From positions 42,548 through 106,547 of the forward strand of contig CBDDDG010000018.1 of assembly GCA_965226555.1 (NCBI GenBank): a stretch of 64,000 nucleotides of DNA. Direction: 5' to 3'. Both the position numbers and the translations under genes were made by a program. The notes beneath the pieces are model-generated. The model did no database searches and was not told where the DNA came from. It saw only the letters and a program-made list of their open reading frames with translations. The first letter of the stretch is position 1. Every line of letters begins with the position of its first letter. Positions 62,271 through 64,000 of the stretch are shown here, piece after piece. This stretch comes from Salinispira sp. (lineage in GTDB: Bacteria > Spirochaetota > Spirochaetia > DSM-27196 > Salinispiraceae).

Positions 62271-62325
62271 GGAACATCCTCCTATGAGAAACTTTTGCAT
62301 TTTGCAAAACATTCTCACAGAATAA

Positions 62326-63600
62326 TTAGGCTTTGAGGGGCTTCAGCTTTTTGAGCAGATTCGTGAGATAAGCGGAAAGCGCTTGTTCATCGGCTTCAAG
62401 GGATTCGCCATTAGGAATCAGTTGTTCAAAAGACCCACATCTATCCCCCCAATCATCACAGTCTTCATAATTGTATTTTTTATTTCGAATTTTTTTAATG
62501 AATAGGTCAAAAATATTTTTATTGACTTGAAAAGCATCTATCCAAACAGAGTATGAGTAATCTTCTCCGATTCCTCCCCATACCCATATATCTACTTTGA
62601 ATACGTTTGCTTTTTCATCTCCCTGATTCATACTCACCCTAAGCCCGGGGAAGTAAGCCCACCAAGCCTTATTAGGTTTTTTCCCTTTGGCCTTTACTTC
62701 AAATTTTGAATCATCCGCAAGCCCAATTTCAGAAAACCGGGGTTTCCATTCCTTAAAAATGCGCTCTGCAAGATATTTGTCAAATTTATTTAACATAGCG
62801 CGCTCATTCGATAACCGTGCTACCGACACCTTCTCTGCCCGTAAACGTTCGTAAAAATCATTCATAGCATCCATGTACATATCCTCCTTGTATCGCAAAT
62901 GCTCTCTATATTGTGTAAGTATTGCTACCACATTCTGGTTGTCGGCATGTGAAAGCTCGTCACCAGAATACAATGCTTCGCAGTCCGCAAGCCACTTTTC
63001 AAGATCGGGACCCTGTTCATCGTAACCCGGGAAAATTCGGAGCTTTGGATTAATGGCCTTTTTGTCTTCGTCTTTCCAACCAGCATAAGTAGGCTTTTTT
63101 TCCTTATTGGGAGGAATGTAGATAATGCCAACAACTTTGTAACCGTCGTCTACTACTGCATCATAATACCGAGGTATTTGGCGGAGCAGATCTTTCGCTC
63201 CCTTCAGCTTATTCTCAATAATAATGGCTTTTCTGCTTTTCCTATTTGCTATGAGCAGATCAATCTTCATATCTCCATTGCTGTCTTCATACTTCTTTTC
63301 TCGTTCAACTCGCGCATCCGTAAAATCAGCTGGACGTAGTTTGAGGCTGTTTCCATTTTTGTTTTTCAATGTGTTTATGTGATCAATGAACTTCGGGAGA
63401 AAATAATTTTTGTTATAGCAAAGCAGTCTATGAATTATGAGCGAATGCCGTGGTTCATTCACATTCCATATCTCAAAAACATTGAATCTCGTATCGCTGG
63501 CCGTAGCTTCAATGGCAGATTTCGCAGCGTCTATTATTGTAATGGCAGCATTAATGTTGCTATCAGATTTTGCCGTAGAATCGGCAGTATTTGTCGGCAT
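62326..63600 (-). CDS. PD-(D/E)XK nuclease (PDDEXK_4-like)
   Basis: FNVF..E..HS, VERE, IDLLI, IIIENK, Q..RY motifs. Confidence 0.82.
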   Translation of the reverse strand: MPTNTADSTAKSDSNINAAITIIDAAKSAIEATASDTRFNVFEIWNVNEPRHSLIIHRLLCYNKNYFLPKFIDHINTLKNKNGNSLKLRPADFTDARVEREKKYEDSNGDMKIDLLIANRKSRKAIIIENKLKGAKDLLRQIPRYYDAVVDDGYKVVGIIYIPPNKEKKPTYAGWKDEDKKAINPKLRIFPGYDEQGPDLEKWLADCEALYSGDELSHADNQNVVAILTQYREHLRYKEDMYMDAMNDFYERLRAEKVSVARLSNERAMLNKFDKYLAERIFKEWKPRFSEIGLADDSKFEVKAKGKKPNKAWWAYFPGLRVSMNQGDEKANVFKVDIWVWGGIGEDYSYSVWIDAFQVNKNIFDLFIKKIRNKKYNYEDCDDWGDRCGSFEQLIPNGESLEADEQALSAYLTNLLKKLKPLKA

Positions 63601-63632
63601 GGAACATTCTCCTGTCGGTTAAATGCACTATA

Positions 63633-63750
63633 GGGAAGCTCTGGAAACACGGGTATTTCCCACTGCATAGCGGAAATAGCGTTTTTTTAAGCCCCACTGT
63701 GATCTAGTATCATCCAAAAATTCGTTTGTGTCAAGCACTTTTTCTCTTTT
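63633..63750 (-). promoter_or_regulatory. Promoter plus structured leader, copy 2 (inverted)
   Basis: TTGACA(63734)-17 bp-GATACT on the minus strand. Confidence 0.8.
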
Positions 63751-63753
63751 GTG

Positions 63754-64000
63754 TGGGATATAAACCTTTGAGCTGACCCCTCCTCCCCAGTGTAAAACGA
63801 AGGTTATTCGTACACACTGGGGGTTGTATAAAACATAAAAGGAGGGAAACAGTGAACAGTAGTATCACATATTCTCAGTATCATCTCAAGTCTCGGAAGT
63901 ATCAGGCGGCTTCGATGTATGAGTGGCGGTTGCGGATGGTTCGGTATGCCCAAGAGCATTCGATCAAGGCGGCTGCTCGGGAGTTCGAGGTGTCGCGCAA
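63754..64000 (+). mobile_element. Second copy of the IS481-like element (partial; transposase starts at GTG 63852)
   Basis: Matches the reverse complement of 51911-51665. Confidence 0.95.

Noticed and set aside
58696..63754. Composite transposon carrying the island
   Set aside because: Both IS ends face the island as the inner boundaries of flanking elements. The left element is only a solo end, so no outer end pair or TSD can be shown.

Overview
Spirochaete chromosome segment. Evidence is the gene orders mutS-skp-bamA-tamB-tmk, rny-ymdB-tlyA-GerMN-der, rpsT-HU and infA-bat/moxR, which resemble Borrelia/Treponema synteny. The fn3, FG-GAP, DUF285 and propeller lipoproteins suggest a host-associated lineage (inference). 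The housekeeping backbone is interrupted by accessory islands at about 17.7-30.7, 37.6-41.1, 45.7-51.9 and 58.1-64 kb. Main signals: (1) an IS481-like element with TGGG..CCCA ends and a 15-bp target duplication, where all four insertion sites/remnants lie 19-20 bp upstream of a perfect TTGACA -35 box, i.e. apparent promoter-targeted transposition; (2) an expanded, shuffled family of Rpn PD-(D/E)XK nucleases, each with an internal SD+ATG, plus stand-alone orphan C-terminal (RpnS-like) genes; (3) surface lipoproteins frameshifted at poly-G tracts in the signal peptide or in a leader ORF; (4) a nesting ~100-bp double-hairpin MITE family; (5) a 5-kb defence-like island read from two inward-facing copies of one promoter/structured leader.
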